DNA of 63,765 nt, filler included, from Perkinsus chesapeaki ATCC PRA-425 (Eukaryota > Protista > Perkinsozoa), in NCBI GenBank assembly GCA_013115145.1. It is 5 parts of 5 records of this genome, joined end to end, with 100 filler letters (N's around TTAATTAATTAA, not from the genome) between each part and the next. Parts side by side here need not be neighbours in the genome. Positions count along the whole stretch, not along the records: positions 21,765 to 30,309 come from JAAPAO010000967.1; positions 30,410 to 35,473 come from JAAPAO010001198.1; positions 35,574 to 62,292 come from JAAPAO010000503.1; 2 more parts are not named here. The stretch is one strand, 5' to 3'. Position numbers and translations under genes: made by a program. Position 1 is the first letter of the stretch, and each line of letters opens with the position of its first letter. This document shows positions 25,557-37,107 of this stretch, piece by piece. Below the pieces are notes generated by a model. That model ran no database searches, was not told where the DNA came from, and was given only the letters and a program-made list of their open reading frames with translations.

Positions 25557-28500
25557 TTAACTGTTCTGCTGTGGTGTCAAGTCCAGGAACCAGTCGTGAC
25601 CAATAACTGCGCCAGCTGGTCGTTTGATAGTTACACGGTTTGGCAAGGTCGACGTAGCCGATATCTCGGGATTGGCGAGAATGGCTGAGAATGATACGCA
25701 ATACAGGATTTGATATCAAAAGGGGCAGCTGCTTTCTGGTGTTGTCTCCAATTCGACGCTGTCACTTATAGTCCCTCAACTCCCTAACTGAGCCTACCTC
25801 TGCGCAAACTTCTCGGTAACCCGATGATGTCAATCCGTTCAATTGCGGCAGTAAAGCCGCCATTACCAGCAACTTTAAAAATGATAATACTGCTTCCATC
25901 AAACCTGCAAGCGAGATCCGGCCGCCGGAAACTATGCCGAGAAACACTTACTTCATCGTGCTCAAGGTGAATACATTTCTGTCAATACTGTCGAAACTGT
26001 CGCCATCATCGAGATAACTGATCAACGAGTGAATGCTCTAACTGATGAACATGACGGAGTCTGTACATCTGTCCTTCAGCTGAGTTCGTTTGAGGGTCCA
26101 CAAATATCTCCAATGTAAGAGGATCATTCACCATCGCTTTGGTTGACGGTCTCTGACGCAGTTTGAGCCTGATAACTATCCTCCTTGACAGCTCTCGAAG
26201 GGCGTGACATACGGTATAATGCTTCCTGCTCTATAAAAGACAGGTATGTCGTCCATGGTAACCTTCATATCCTCATTCAGTCCAGTGGACATAAGCTAGC
26301 CAACACGCTGCTGATCTCAGCCATCCGGAAGAACTTACCTCATCTTTATCATCATACCATTTCGATCCCTCAGGGAAGTAAACGGCGACTTTTTCAATCT
26401 CACTGTCAACAACACCCCGAACCATGACATCTCGACCGATGATGACCTGAGCCCCTGTCAACTGACTACTATCGCGTATCTTACCTGTTGATCTAGAATC
26501 TCATCACAATTGGCTGCGGTGCAGGCAAAGGTCTCAGAATCGTTCAAATGATCGAACCACAATGGGCGAATAATAGGCTCACCATAAAGAGAATAGCGAG
26601 CAAAAAGTGTATACCAGAGGGGTAGCATCTGGTACCTATTGCAACCACATAGGCTCATAATGAAAGGCACATCCGTTTCGCGGACCTTCTCTGCACTGCA
26701 TGCTTAACTCTGTTACGTGCCACTTCACTATACTCCCAGGGCTCCCTTCTCGGTGTCTCAATATGAGCATGTGACCTGACATCCAAGGTGCGAGCTGAGA
26801 TCCCCATCCGTGTTGTACGACAAAGATTAAGCAGGCATTTTACACAATGGGATACTCCGTCTAACGTTAGTTATTGTGCTATAGCGTAGGTAAGTAGGTC
26901 TTAAGTTGGACTTATAGTCCGTATAATTGTCTTGGATTGTATTTATCTTCGTGTTAGCTAGTTGGTATGCATACCGACATACGTACGATCGTCTAGATTG
27001 TGGTACCTACTTCTACTACTGCATCGGTCGGTTGGTGTACATTCCACAATAATTGAGCTTAATAATAAGTCACCTTGACTTAGTCAAGAAGTACTTCAAA
27101 CTTGACATTCATATAAGACTTGCCTGTAGAACGGATTGGTAGCCGCCGCAAGCTGATGCCATCTTGTGAAGAGCTCTTCTCCTGGATGGTTGAAGAAGCC
27201 ACCAACATCAGCACCAACGAACGAATATCTACCAAAAACAGCTTCTAAGAATAACCCAACATACCACCTCACCCAGCAGTGGCGGACAGCGTGACCAACA
27301 TTGGTAACACCGCCTTCAAATGCGGCCAACTCGCTTCATTATCTCCTGTCCACATCGGCCCGTACCTACTCTCAAACTACTCTAGAGAAGCGAAATTCGG
27401 ACGCTACATGTGGCTGCCGACGTAGAAGCTTCTCGTTAAGACAAATGGGCGCTTACCAGGGCGGCGATGATTAAGATGCCCTTCAAAGGTAGCTCTATGG
27501 AAGTACTGGCCGTATCTAATAAAACAACGTCATGAAAATCCGATACCGTAAGAGGCATACATATTGTGGATGTCTCTGTGCTCTACATCACCGTCATGTA
27601 CCAAGTCCCGGTCCATGGACACCTGTAACGAACTTACCAATTTCTTCGGGAGCGACAACCGTACTACCTCGGGACCGTTGAAAACGCTTGGCTCATTCAT
27701 GTCATTCCAAGTGTAAAAATCTTCATTTCGACCATCGGGCTTGAAGTACCTGAAATATATTCATCATAACCGTACGGTATTCCTCTTCTATCAATTCGAG
27801 TGCCGCCCCAACGTACTACTTGGACAATAGGAAACAGTACATGTTTTGTAAAGTAAAAAATACCTTAGACTTACATCGCCCACCAATCCCTCACAGTCGG
27901 GTTGGTGAAGTCTGGATAGACGCTGGTGCCAGGCCAGCAGTGGCCATCGTAGACCTCATTAGGCTTATCCTTATTCAGCTCAGATATCTGCCACGGGAAT
28001 GGTGAACCGCCCTCTGGTGACTTTCGGATGATACTTTCCTCGGAGACCAATAACCACTGTAGTCCGGGTTAGGCTTCGTGGGAGGTGTCCACTCACCATC
28101 CTCCTCATCGCTCCACCCCTCTGGTTTAACCTACAGTAAAAATAGCCTTACTAACAGAAAACGTTGAGCGTACGGCATCCGTGTCCAGTATGGTTTCTGT
28201 ATCATTCCATGTATCTGAGGATAATAACGAAGGCTCTTGTCTACACAATCAACGCAGGGCAGCCTAGAAACGGTTTCCAGCATGAATGTTAAATGTTCCA
28301 ATATTCAAGCTCTCATGTCAAATCTTGATGAACTATACGCCAGTGAGTTTATATCCGAAAGCCTACTAAGTCTCCCATAGTATCGCAAATAGCAACAGAG
28401 AAAAGGTGTAGAGCGAGGCAATGAACAACACTCAGTGTCTCTGCCGTAACGTGTGCCCTACCTGGCTTCACGTCACTAGGGTCGTCCACCATGTCATACA

Positions 28501-30309
28501 CTCGCTTCTTCACAAAGACGTCCTTTTCGAGTCCTTCCGAGTAAACAAAGTACCTAATGAACATTGTCTTCCTCTATAAGGCTGCCATTATTCATATGCA
28601 TGGATACGGAAATTCGCACTCCTCCAACTTGAAAGTTTCAAGTCGGAACATAATATACCCGCACTGATCCGAGGAGAGATCTATAGTGGAGCTCGGCAGG
28701 GACCAATGGTTTCCTCGCATTGTCCAGTTCTTCGAAGAGGGAACAGCTCTATACCTCGTACGAGTGCTGTGGGAATCTCTCCAGAGACACCCGCGAAGGA
28801 TCGCACGCATCCCAGCATTGTTCCGTTTCGCCAAGAGGGAACCGACGATCAGACTCAGATTTTAGGCTCTCCGCAAACCTACGCCGAGTCCTTCTTAATA
28901 TGTGGGTCCACAATAGTGACCATCTCTCTGCCACCTGCCTTCAGATCGGTCACCATCCTCTTCGGGTCCGGAAAGTACTGCTCATTCCAGGTATGGTATC
29001 TGAAACTATGTATACCACAGATCCCCAGTAAAAGCGTTCGACAGGAAGTGTGGAAGGAAGTTATCCTTCAAATGCTGGCCCGCAAATTTTGCAGTGCTGC
29101 TGCTGCTGCTGCTGTAAACGACAATCCCGAGGCCCCGTTCCATTCAGCCTACTTTTTATGATCTGTATGCTCGATATCAAGCCATACCACGTCCACCGGG
29201 ATGTTGTACTTGTCAAAATTTGCCACCAATTCCCGAACGTCCGCTTCATCCTGCGGCCCGGCAATCTCAGTGTGAAGACATGCGTGCTGTCTTCTTCCTC
29301 ACTTTATAGTTCCAACGACATTGGTGCTTTCCAATGCTAAACAGTGGCGGCAGAGGTGCCAAACCAGTGAGCTGATGATAGGACTTCAGTATCTGTTACA
29401 CAATAACACTTTGTCATTCATTGCCGAAACCTTATGAATTCTCCCAACTCTTCCGACTTAATCTACTGTCCAAGCTAAGGCCGCCAAATAATGGCACCAA
29501 CTTGTCAGATTGAAGCATGACCGCATCAGTGTAACCCGGTTATTATCATTTCAGTTTGGGTCGATTGCCGCTACTCCGAATCAAAACCCAGATCGTGGCG
29601 GCGCTCCAAAATTTAGCGGGAATTCGATGGTATGCGGAACGTTGGGCCAAGAAAGCCGCTATGACTCACCTTGGCTGGGGACCGCTGCGGAAACAATAAC
29701 ATATCAATGATGCCCGACTCCGAGACGAACCACGTCTGCAGGCCCTCTGGCTCCGACTCACCGGCTGAAATAGTAACAATCCTCCAGGAGCTCTCTGACA
29801 GAGCACTTGCTATCATTAGACTATAAAAGTTGTTTCAAACCGTCCGAGCCTTCATATTTTCTCCCGGAAAACATTGCTTAGTCGACACAAGAGGTCATTC
29901 TCGCCTACTAGCGATCTGCGATGAAGTGACAGGAGCCAAGCCTGCTGCCAAGCCTGCTGCCTTCGGTGGTACCGTCATTATAATAGAGCATTTAGGGAGC
30001 TCAAGTGGCTTTCAAAACAATTCGCTGAATACTCATTCTTATTCAACTCCCTTTACTACAGATGAGCCCCCCGATCACGGAGCTCCACGTGCCCGCATCT
30101 TTACGTTTGCCTAGAGAGACATATGTCTCCGATGGGTTGAGCCAGAGCATCGATGACGTCACGGCAGCGGCCTTCGGTCCCTGAAAGCTAGTTGCGTACC
30201 TCCGCTAACAACACCTAAGACGTACGAATTTCTGGACTGCAGTGAGGATCGGTATCGAACCGTAGATGGCCGCTTGGCTGTCCATTTCGTACTCGAAGAC
30301 ATCCAAATT
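25557..30309 (-). CDS. GANAB: Glucosidase II alpha subunit (GH31 alpha-glucosidase), 5'-truncated by the gap
   Basis: Exons encode [61 protein letters not shown], nucleophile motif [32 protein letters not shown], acid/base [33 protein letters not shown] and a C-terminal [17 protein letters not shown]. Confidence 0.95.
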
Positions 30310-30409
30310 NNNNNNNNNNNNNNNNNNNNNNNNNNNNNNNNNNNNNNNNNNNNTTAATTAATTAANNNNNNNNNNNNNNNNNNNNNNNNNNNNNNNNNNN
30401 NNNNNNNNN
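30310..30409. other. Assembly spacer
   Basis: 44 N + TTAATTAATTAA + 44 N. Confidence 0.98.
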
Positions 30410-30771
30410 GTACGAGAAATCGTACGCCAGCACTGCGAGATGATGGCGAGTACTCTACACGAGCTCGCGCATCACCTCCACCACTTGCGCTACCACACCT
30501 CACGCACTGTGTATAACCCGAAACAAACTATAGTTTCATGAACACAAACAACTTGAAAGGCTCAGAAACACACGGAACCGAGCGTAACACGAAGGGGACG
30601 GCAAGGCGCCTTGCCTAGGACAGACATGCGAGGCTCCGGGCCGAGGCCCTCGGCAACTGACGGTGGCACCGATGACCACACAAAATCGCCTACTCAGATA
30701 GTAGCGGGCTACAAGTTCAGCTCCGCAAGCTGGCAACATCAAGCTGCAGACAGGCTAGAGAGTAGATATCA

Positions 30772-31916
30772 CTAGTCTTTTATCATGAACCACGAAGCTA
30801 ACTTGGCTTTATCTTCGGCACTGTCATGAAGGTAATCTAAGACAGCTGTGGAGCGCCACCTGCCTGCGCGCATGAAGGCCGGAGAGTCCGCCGGCCAAGA
30901 CCTATGCAGCAATTGTGCGCCGGTGCGTCTATGGGTGTGAGTTCCGTAGTCGGAAACCGCTTCCCAGCCAATGACCGGGCCGAGCCTGACGCGTACCAAA
31001 TCCAGAAAGGCATCGTACTGCAGAGGGAAAACCCTCCCTTCCGGTGGAGCGTCGGGGGGCCGACAGTCTAGAAGAGCATGAAGGGGACAGAGCTCACAAG
31101 GGTCATTGGCCAAATCTTGGATATCAAAGGAACTCACAGCCTCGGACACACAGGCAATATACGCCGACTGCCCAATTCTGCATTGGTCCGTCTTCGAACG
31201 CCGAATACTAATAGTGAGCAAGGGCGAAGGACAGACGCTAGGTTTAGTGGTAAAACATAGGTCGCCCCAGCGCAAATTTAGAAGCTCGTCAGCTCTCAAA
31301 AGGCCAAAAATCCCGACCAACATTGCACGCGACGCGATGTCCACCCTAGGCGGAGCACATCTGAAAACACGCAACAGATCAGCTCTGCAGACAGGGCGCA
31401 TTTGCCTTGTTGGTGTACCACCGACCATCTTCTGCGAAGCTTTCAGGATGTGAGAGACTTGAAAATCTTCGCTAGGGGTTAACCAAAAACCCGCGGACTT
31501 ATTACGCGATCGAAGCGCCGACACAAAAGTCTTGATAGAGTTGTACGCATAGTTGCAAGAAGACAGACTCCAAACAAATACGGCTAGGTCTTGAACCCGC
31601 AGAGGGAACGCTTTTCCTCCAATAACTTCTTCAAAGAACCGTACCGTGGAGTCGTATAAGGTATTGGTGTTCGAAGCCAAGCCAGAATGCGCAAAGGAGT
31701 CGGCCATGGCACAGGCTTCGACCTTGGTAAATTGGCTCATGAACTTACGAACATCATCGCGCTTGGCTTTTGTCGATGGCCGCGACAAGGCAGCGTGTCC
31801 CTTAACCTCGGGAGGCGCCAAGAGGGGTAGACTGTACTGAGTACCGCACCGAGTCTTGCTTGGTTGGAAGGGATAAACTGGGATTGGCGAGTTCGAACGC
31901 AACACAGCAAGAGGAC
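30772..31916 (-). CDS. Tyrosine recombinase of the retroelement
   Basis: Catalytic set R (FGLLRADEL), K (RRSKTDQ), HxxR (THTHRRTG), W (GRW), Y (VLDYL), plus CPLHAL and an N-terminal LASNTNTLY SAM-like helix. The frame is open from an AG at 31917-31918; the first in-frame ATG is at ORF-track codon 56. Confidence 0.95.
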
Positions 31917-31982
31917 CTGAAACCGGAAATTACTTGCTCACAAGAAGACTAGAAGGAGAAGTAACTGAAGCACTATTGCCAA

Positions 31983-34141
31983 TTAAGATTGCTCAACAAA
32001 GATGTCATCCAACGCTATGGGGACCCTACGCCAAGCTTTGGGGACCGATTCACAATCACCGCGCGATATGCCGTCGGCAAGCCAATTCTCCTCGGAAGGA
32101 AGGTGGGATAGCACAAGACGGTCGTTGAAGAAACCGAACCAACTAGCGATCCCTCTGAGTACGGCTGCTAGGGCTGGTTTGGGAGAGTAAAGCTTTTTTA
32201 GCAAGCCGACGACACCCAGGTTGTCGCAGAATAACACCACATAGCCCACATCTGCTGAAAGGCCCTGGGAGGTACCGACGGAAGATGTCAGTGAGGCCGC
32301 AAGATGCAGAGTGATGGTAGCCGCTAAGAGCTCAAGTAGAGCTATGTCCCGATGGGTAGGGACCGGCCGCTTTGGAGCACCAGCCAAATGGGAAGCCCAT
32401 CGCCCTAACGTCACAGAGGTAGCTTCCAATTGGAACCAAAGTCCGCCGGAACCGCATGATACCCAACCAGCCATAAAATCAGTCGATGCATCCGAAGCCG
32501 CAATCAAAGATGCTGGGCCCACGAAAGCCGGGTTCAATAGAGAGCAGGGGGCCGGCTTCTCTGCGACACCAAGCCAAAAAAGGACAGAGCCAAAAGAAGC
32601 TGACGACTTACTCAACTTCATAGAACGCAGCTTCTTCTTTTCGAAGATGCTCAACAACGCGTATAGGGGTTGGAGAAAACCCTTGAGGTGCCGCATGCCC
32701 TGACAGGCGAAGACCAGTTTACCGATCACTTTACTCAGAGGGGCCGGTGTCACGCGCCCTTCATCAACAAAAGCGAGCAAAATGTCTCGGATGGATCTGA
32801 AGATGTCAGGATGCACCCTTACCGAAGCCTCGCCCGTGTGCGAAATAACTGCTTCAAACCCGATGAACTTTACCGAGCGGACAGAAAAGAGGGACTTCTC
32901 CCAATTCAGCTCAAAGTTGAGGCACCGCCAAATCAAAAGGGTCATAGCCGAACCCACTGCATAAAGCGCCTCGGGGAAAGCGAGAAGGCCATCATCCACA
33001 TAAATCAGGGAGAGGAACTTCTCATGGCCAAAGGTACATCTCAAGCAGGCCGCCACTATCCTACACAACGAAGCGCTTGCGCGACACCAGTGGAAAGGAG
33101 ACGTTCCCGCTCCGAAGGGCAGGGCGAGACTCTCGTAGACGTCCTGGCCCAGGCGTACTGAAACTCGCGGTCTGTCCACTTCTCTTACGAATAAATGACG
33201 ATACGCCGAGGCTATATCGTACTTTAAGAACAAGTAGTCGTAAGAGTCTAACCTCTTACGAGGAAAAACCGAACGACAGTGACAGACCGAAGGAGCCCGG
33301 CTCCCGGCGAACAAGTCCGCTAAACCAGACCGAATGTCACAACTGCGAGGCAGAGAGCACGTTTCGCTCAATGAGCACTGAGCGTTTAGCCCAGACCCCG
33401 AATGGTCCTCAATGAGTCGGTACTCACCAGAAGATTTCGGGATTAGGGCCATACGGGCATAAAGGCGATGAGAAGCTTGGCTAGCTTGTGCAGCTGACAA
33501 CCGCCTCATTCGACCTAGAGCGACCTCCCGATCTAGTATGACTTTGCAGATCTCTGGCCTCAGCTCTACCGAAGCAAAGTTCTGGTAGGTGCGCTTCAAG
33601 TTGAAGACTTCCATCGCCTTATCCAGGTCTTTCTTAGACTTAGCCGGCGGGAAGGTTCCCGTGGGGTGGATTGGGGGATCAACCCCTAAATTAAGGCCAA
33701 CGTCAACCTCAGAGAACAAGTGCACATCAGGATCATTAGTCACCTTCGCTAAGGCACTGCCCAAGGGCGCTCTGATGGGGCTACCGCAAGATGCCGAGCG
33801 ATCCGAACAATCAAGAACCTTGCACAGCCTAGCGACCGCAGACGCGGCGGCGGAGCTGAAAGTAGTCTCGAGAGCCTTTGCCTGTGAACCAGAGGGCGCA
33901 CCTTTCAAACCACGGAACCACTCCAAAGTCGCTATGGCTGAAGCCTCCTCGAACAGGATCGAAGCGACCACAGGTAGCTCGGGAGCGCAGCACGTAGCTG
34001 CAAAGTCTGATGGTTTCTTGGCCGACAGCCCAGTACCGTCTTGAAACCCCGTGTCAGTCAACTGTTTACCAACCGCGGCGTGTCCTGCCTTTCGCAGCTG
34101 AGCAACGTGCTCCCGAGCCGGCCCATCCTCGATGCAGGCAT
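31983..34141 (-). CDS. Reverse transcriptase-RNase H (pol) of the retroelement
   Basis: RT motifs YRLIED, KYDIASAYRH, LPFGAGTSPF and IYVDDGLL; RNase H motifs ASDAS, IALLELLA, FCDN and ENWLADGISR. No methyltransferase domain follows. The first in-frame ATG is at codon 150 of the ORF-track frame. Confidence 0.95.
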
Positions 34142-34294
34142 CTGAGGACCATGACTAAATAACTCAACACATGAGACACGCTCACGAAACAGAGTTCCGA
34201 CACACACAGTGCCACAACGCAATCACTATTAGCGATTCACTAAGACGTCACACAGACATCACCCTAACGCAGCGACGAAACTAGCCGGACTTAC
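34142..34294 (-). other. Predicted 153-nt spliceosomal intron fusing gag to pol in frame
   Basis: Donor GCTG|GTAAGT at 34294 and acceptor GTCCTCAG|AT at 34142. Removal gives ...ERSGA-D-ACIEDGPAREH... continuous into pol. The intron holds the gag stop plus four more in-frame stops. Confidence 0.6.
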
Positions 34295-35390
34295 CAGCAC
34301 CAGAACGCTCGTCTTTCTCCTGAGCCTTCGGCGGAGCACCCGAAGAACCTTTAGAGCCCCTATACTCGCTCCGCGCAGGCTGCACCTCATCTTTGCCGGG
34401 AGCTCCTGCATGCCGAAAACGGCAGTGGGAGCCAAAACGGCACCGCCCCTCCTTCTGGAAAGCGTAACAAACTTGCCGAGACTTCTGCCTGTCCGAGTTG
34501 TTACCAGGCTTAGAAGGTACTGACCGAGAGCGATTGAAGGAAAACTCGGCCAACAAAGTCGGATAGGCGTCGTTCACAAAGCACTTGCTCACAGAGAGAT
34601 CGGTGGACGCCGCAACCAAAGAGGCGATCGATCTACGGTACTTGTCGTCATATAAAACAAGCTCGTCCACCGACAGAGAACCACTTAGCGAGAGTAACCT
34701 CAATAGGTATGACACGACGTCGAGGGCGGAGAGGACTTCAGGATCGACAATAGCTGCGACCAACAAAGCATAACGGAGACCGCTGTGAGCAAGTTCGCTG
34801 ATAGACCCGATCCTCTTACCTTTGCTGGAGCTGGAAAATGGGTTCTCGCCCTTCTCGGCCTTGGAAACGCTGAAGTTGAAAAGCTTCTCGTCGGCCAAGT
34901 CGAGAGAGGAGTCCTTTGGTACCAGAGACTTGAAGGATAGGTAGTGACCGTTCTCTTTGTTCGCTATTTGGGCGACTATCTCATTGGATATACCATGGAG
35001 AGCCGACGGAGGCAAAACGGTCTTATAGCTAGCCGCGACAGCCGCGATGAGCTGGCTGACATCAGCAGACGAACCGCCTTGCTTGAACTGAGAGTCAACA
35101 GCGACTTTGCGCCGCTTTTTAACGAAGGCGGCCACATCTTCAGCTATACCCGAGAAACAAGCACCAGCAGCGACGGACAGGCCTTCCGACGCTTTATCGA
35201 AAAAGGCCGATGATAAATTACCAATGAGGCTCGAAGTGACCAGACCGTGACGGGTTAAAGCGTCGATGATCTCCTTCTCAATAGCGGGAGACGGAGATAC
35301 CGACTGCACCAAAGCACGGACCTCGTCACTCACCGGGATCACTGAAGCACCAGATGCGCTAGCGGCTGGCGGAGTCTCGTCGTTAGCCAT
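34281..35390 (-). CDS. Gag-like protein with C-terminal CCCH zinc finger
   Basis: ATG at 35390 (MANDETPP) follows a pyrimidine tract. CYAFQKEGRCRFGSHCRFRH is C-x8-C-x5-C-x3-H. The ORF is first in a RT/YR element. Confidence 0.85.
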   Translation of the reverse strand: MANDETPPAASASGASVIPVSDEVRALVQSVSPSPAIEKEIIDALTRHGLVTSSLIGNLSSAFFDKASEGLSVAAGACFSGIAEDVAAFVKKRRKVAVDSQFKQGGSSADVSQLIAAVAASYKTVLPPSALHGISNEIVAQIANKENGHYLSFKSLVPKDSSLDLADEKLFNFSVSKAEKGENPFSSSSKGKRIGSISELAHSGLRYALLVAAIVDPEVLSALDVVSYLLRLLSLSGSLSVDELVLYDDKYRRSIASLVAASTDLSVSKCFVNDAYPTLLAEFSFNRSRSVPSKPGNNSDRQKSRQVCYAFQKEGRCRFGSHCRFRHAGAPGKDEVQPARSEYRGSKGSSGAPPKAQEKDERSGAGKSG

Positions 35391-35473
35391 TGTAAAATGA
35401 AAAAAAAATGGATGCCACAACTTAAGCCAAAATACCTAACCATTACTAATGACAAACCAAGGAATGTACAGTC

Positions 35474-35573
35474 NNNNNNNNNNNNNNNNNNNNNNNNNNN
35501 NNNNNNNNNNNNNNNNNTTAATTAATTAANNNNNNNNNNNNNNNNNNNNNNNNNNNNNNNNNNNNNNNNNNNN
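35474..35573. other. Assembly spacer
   Basis: 44 N + TTAATTAATTAA + 44 N. Confidence 0.98.
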
Positions 35574-36859
35574 GAGATGTATTGGTATGGGTGCTGTGGG
35601 GTATGGGTTTTGGGGACAGTAATTGGCCCTTAGCAGTGTAGGTCCGTCCCCCCCCTCACCTTGCCCCCCCACTGTCAAGTACTCAGCTACGCCACTGCTC
35701 TCGATCAGTCTTTTCTACTTCGTACTACAATGGACCGAGGCTACTGACAGGTCCCCGTATCCGAAGTTAACTGGGATTTCTCGAAAACAGACAACTGGCT
35801 GCCTCTGTTCGGCGACGGAGAGCTAACCTCGCTCATCGAGTCTGATACTCTCACCTCGATACAGGTATGGCTGTCCCAGACCCGGAACGTGGTCACCCGC
35901 TTCTCAGGCTGATAACGTTAAGTATAGCATGTTCTCTCAAGCTTACGTTGACAGACTTCAAAGTAACTTGCAGTCAAAGCTGGAGAACAACGTACGTCAG
36001 TATCGGAGCTACATAGGAAACAGTAAGTATCCTTCCTACTTTGAAGGGTGCCCCTGATGAACTGGGCTATCCTCGATGATCGGCGAACCCGGCGAGCCTC
36101 TGAGTGATATTCGCCGCGTTTGGGAAACCTCGCCGAGAGCTTCCTGTTGGTAGCTTTGACGTTGGTAAATTCACTAACCAAACGACAAGAGCACGTTGCA
36201 TTCATATAGTTAACCTCGTGTACTCTGGTCTTAATGAGGGATTCATTCGGCCCACAAGCCATGGCTGATGGGATCGGCTCGACTATGCTATGTTAGTTTC
36301 ATTTGTGAATTGTGAGCACTTTAAGATATGCTAGCCTGGATTCTCTGAGCCATAACACAGCCTCCTGTGCTAGAGTCTACTCTTGTAGGCCTTACGAGAC
36401 TGGACTCGCGTCTCCGATCCTCACTTGCTGAAATTTGCGCTCAGTTTGAGGGGTATGCGCAGACTTACCGTGAAACAGGCAATGACGTCGCTTACCCTCT
36501 GCGATCCAAAGGAGTAAGTACGTTTGCTGCCTTTTTGGAGAGTTCGGGTCTTGAAGGTGCCTGAAGTCTCAGAGGCTAACCTAGAAGAGAGCATGAGAAA
36601 TCTTGAACAGATCACCGAAAGCACTTGCATTTACGGCGTTCCCATAAACGTCCCTTATACAGATGCAAATACGATCTGGCACAAGGCGAGTGCGATCTCG
36701 CAAAACCATCTACTGATTTCATTTTAGCAGGTTCTCAACACCGGGGCGTTGGACCCGGTTGGCCAGTCCTGCGACTTCGGTGTCGCTGTGCGCATATTCA
36801 GCTATCCTGGAAACGTTCTCAGTGTCTGGGCGTTTGTTGTATGTTGCACCAGAGAATGA
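35574..36859 (+). CDS. C-terminal part of a CC2D2A/MKS6-like (CEP76-C family) transition-zone protein, 5'-truncated
   Basis: Spliced end IYGVPINVPYTDANTIWHK|VLNTGALDPVGQSCDFGVAVRIFSYPGNVLSVWAFVVCC resembles CC2D2A GFPLHMPY...VYSTG...FALAVYIHPYPKNVLSVW. Upstream exons are VPVSEVNWDFSKTDNWLPLF and VDRLQSNLQSKLENNVRQYR. Confidence 0.8.
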
Positions 36860-37107
36860 TGATATGTATTGTAAAGCGGTGTCGGTCGTTGATAGCTTTG
36901 AGTTTGCACAGTGTTAGAGCTGAGTTGAGATCATTCTTGAACATCCATACCATGCTGAGAATATGCAATCTCATTCAGGCCGTACGAGTCTCCGTCTTCT
37001 TGCCTTGTCACTTTGTCACAGCATACTTCTAAGGACCTGTGGGGGCAAAAGCCCAGTAAGCAAACACTCAAAACAGCAAAAACAGAGACAGCTGAACCTC
37101 AAACTCT

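Larger units (their letters stand above)
30410..35473 (-). mobile_element. Tyrosine-recombinase retrotransposon (Ngaro/DIRS-like): gag, RT/RNase H, YR; termini cut by gaps
   Basis: Three co-oriented uninterrupted ORFs carry a CCCH finger, RT YVDD, RNase H and YR catalytic motifs. The element fills its own contig, as expected for a multicopy repeat. Confidence 0.95.

Noticed and set aside
29096-29115. (GCT)n run giving poly-Ala/Cys/Gln in ORF-track entries
   Set aside because: It is a short microsatellite inside a GANAB intron and is not coding.
31078-34044. Several 110-160 aa plus-strand ORFs over the retroelement
   Set aside because: They are antisense shadows of the long GC-rich RT and YR ORFs and have no motifs.
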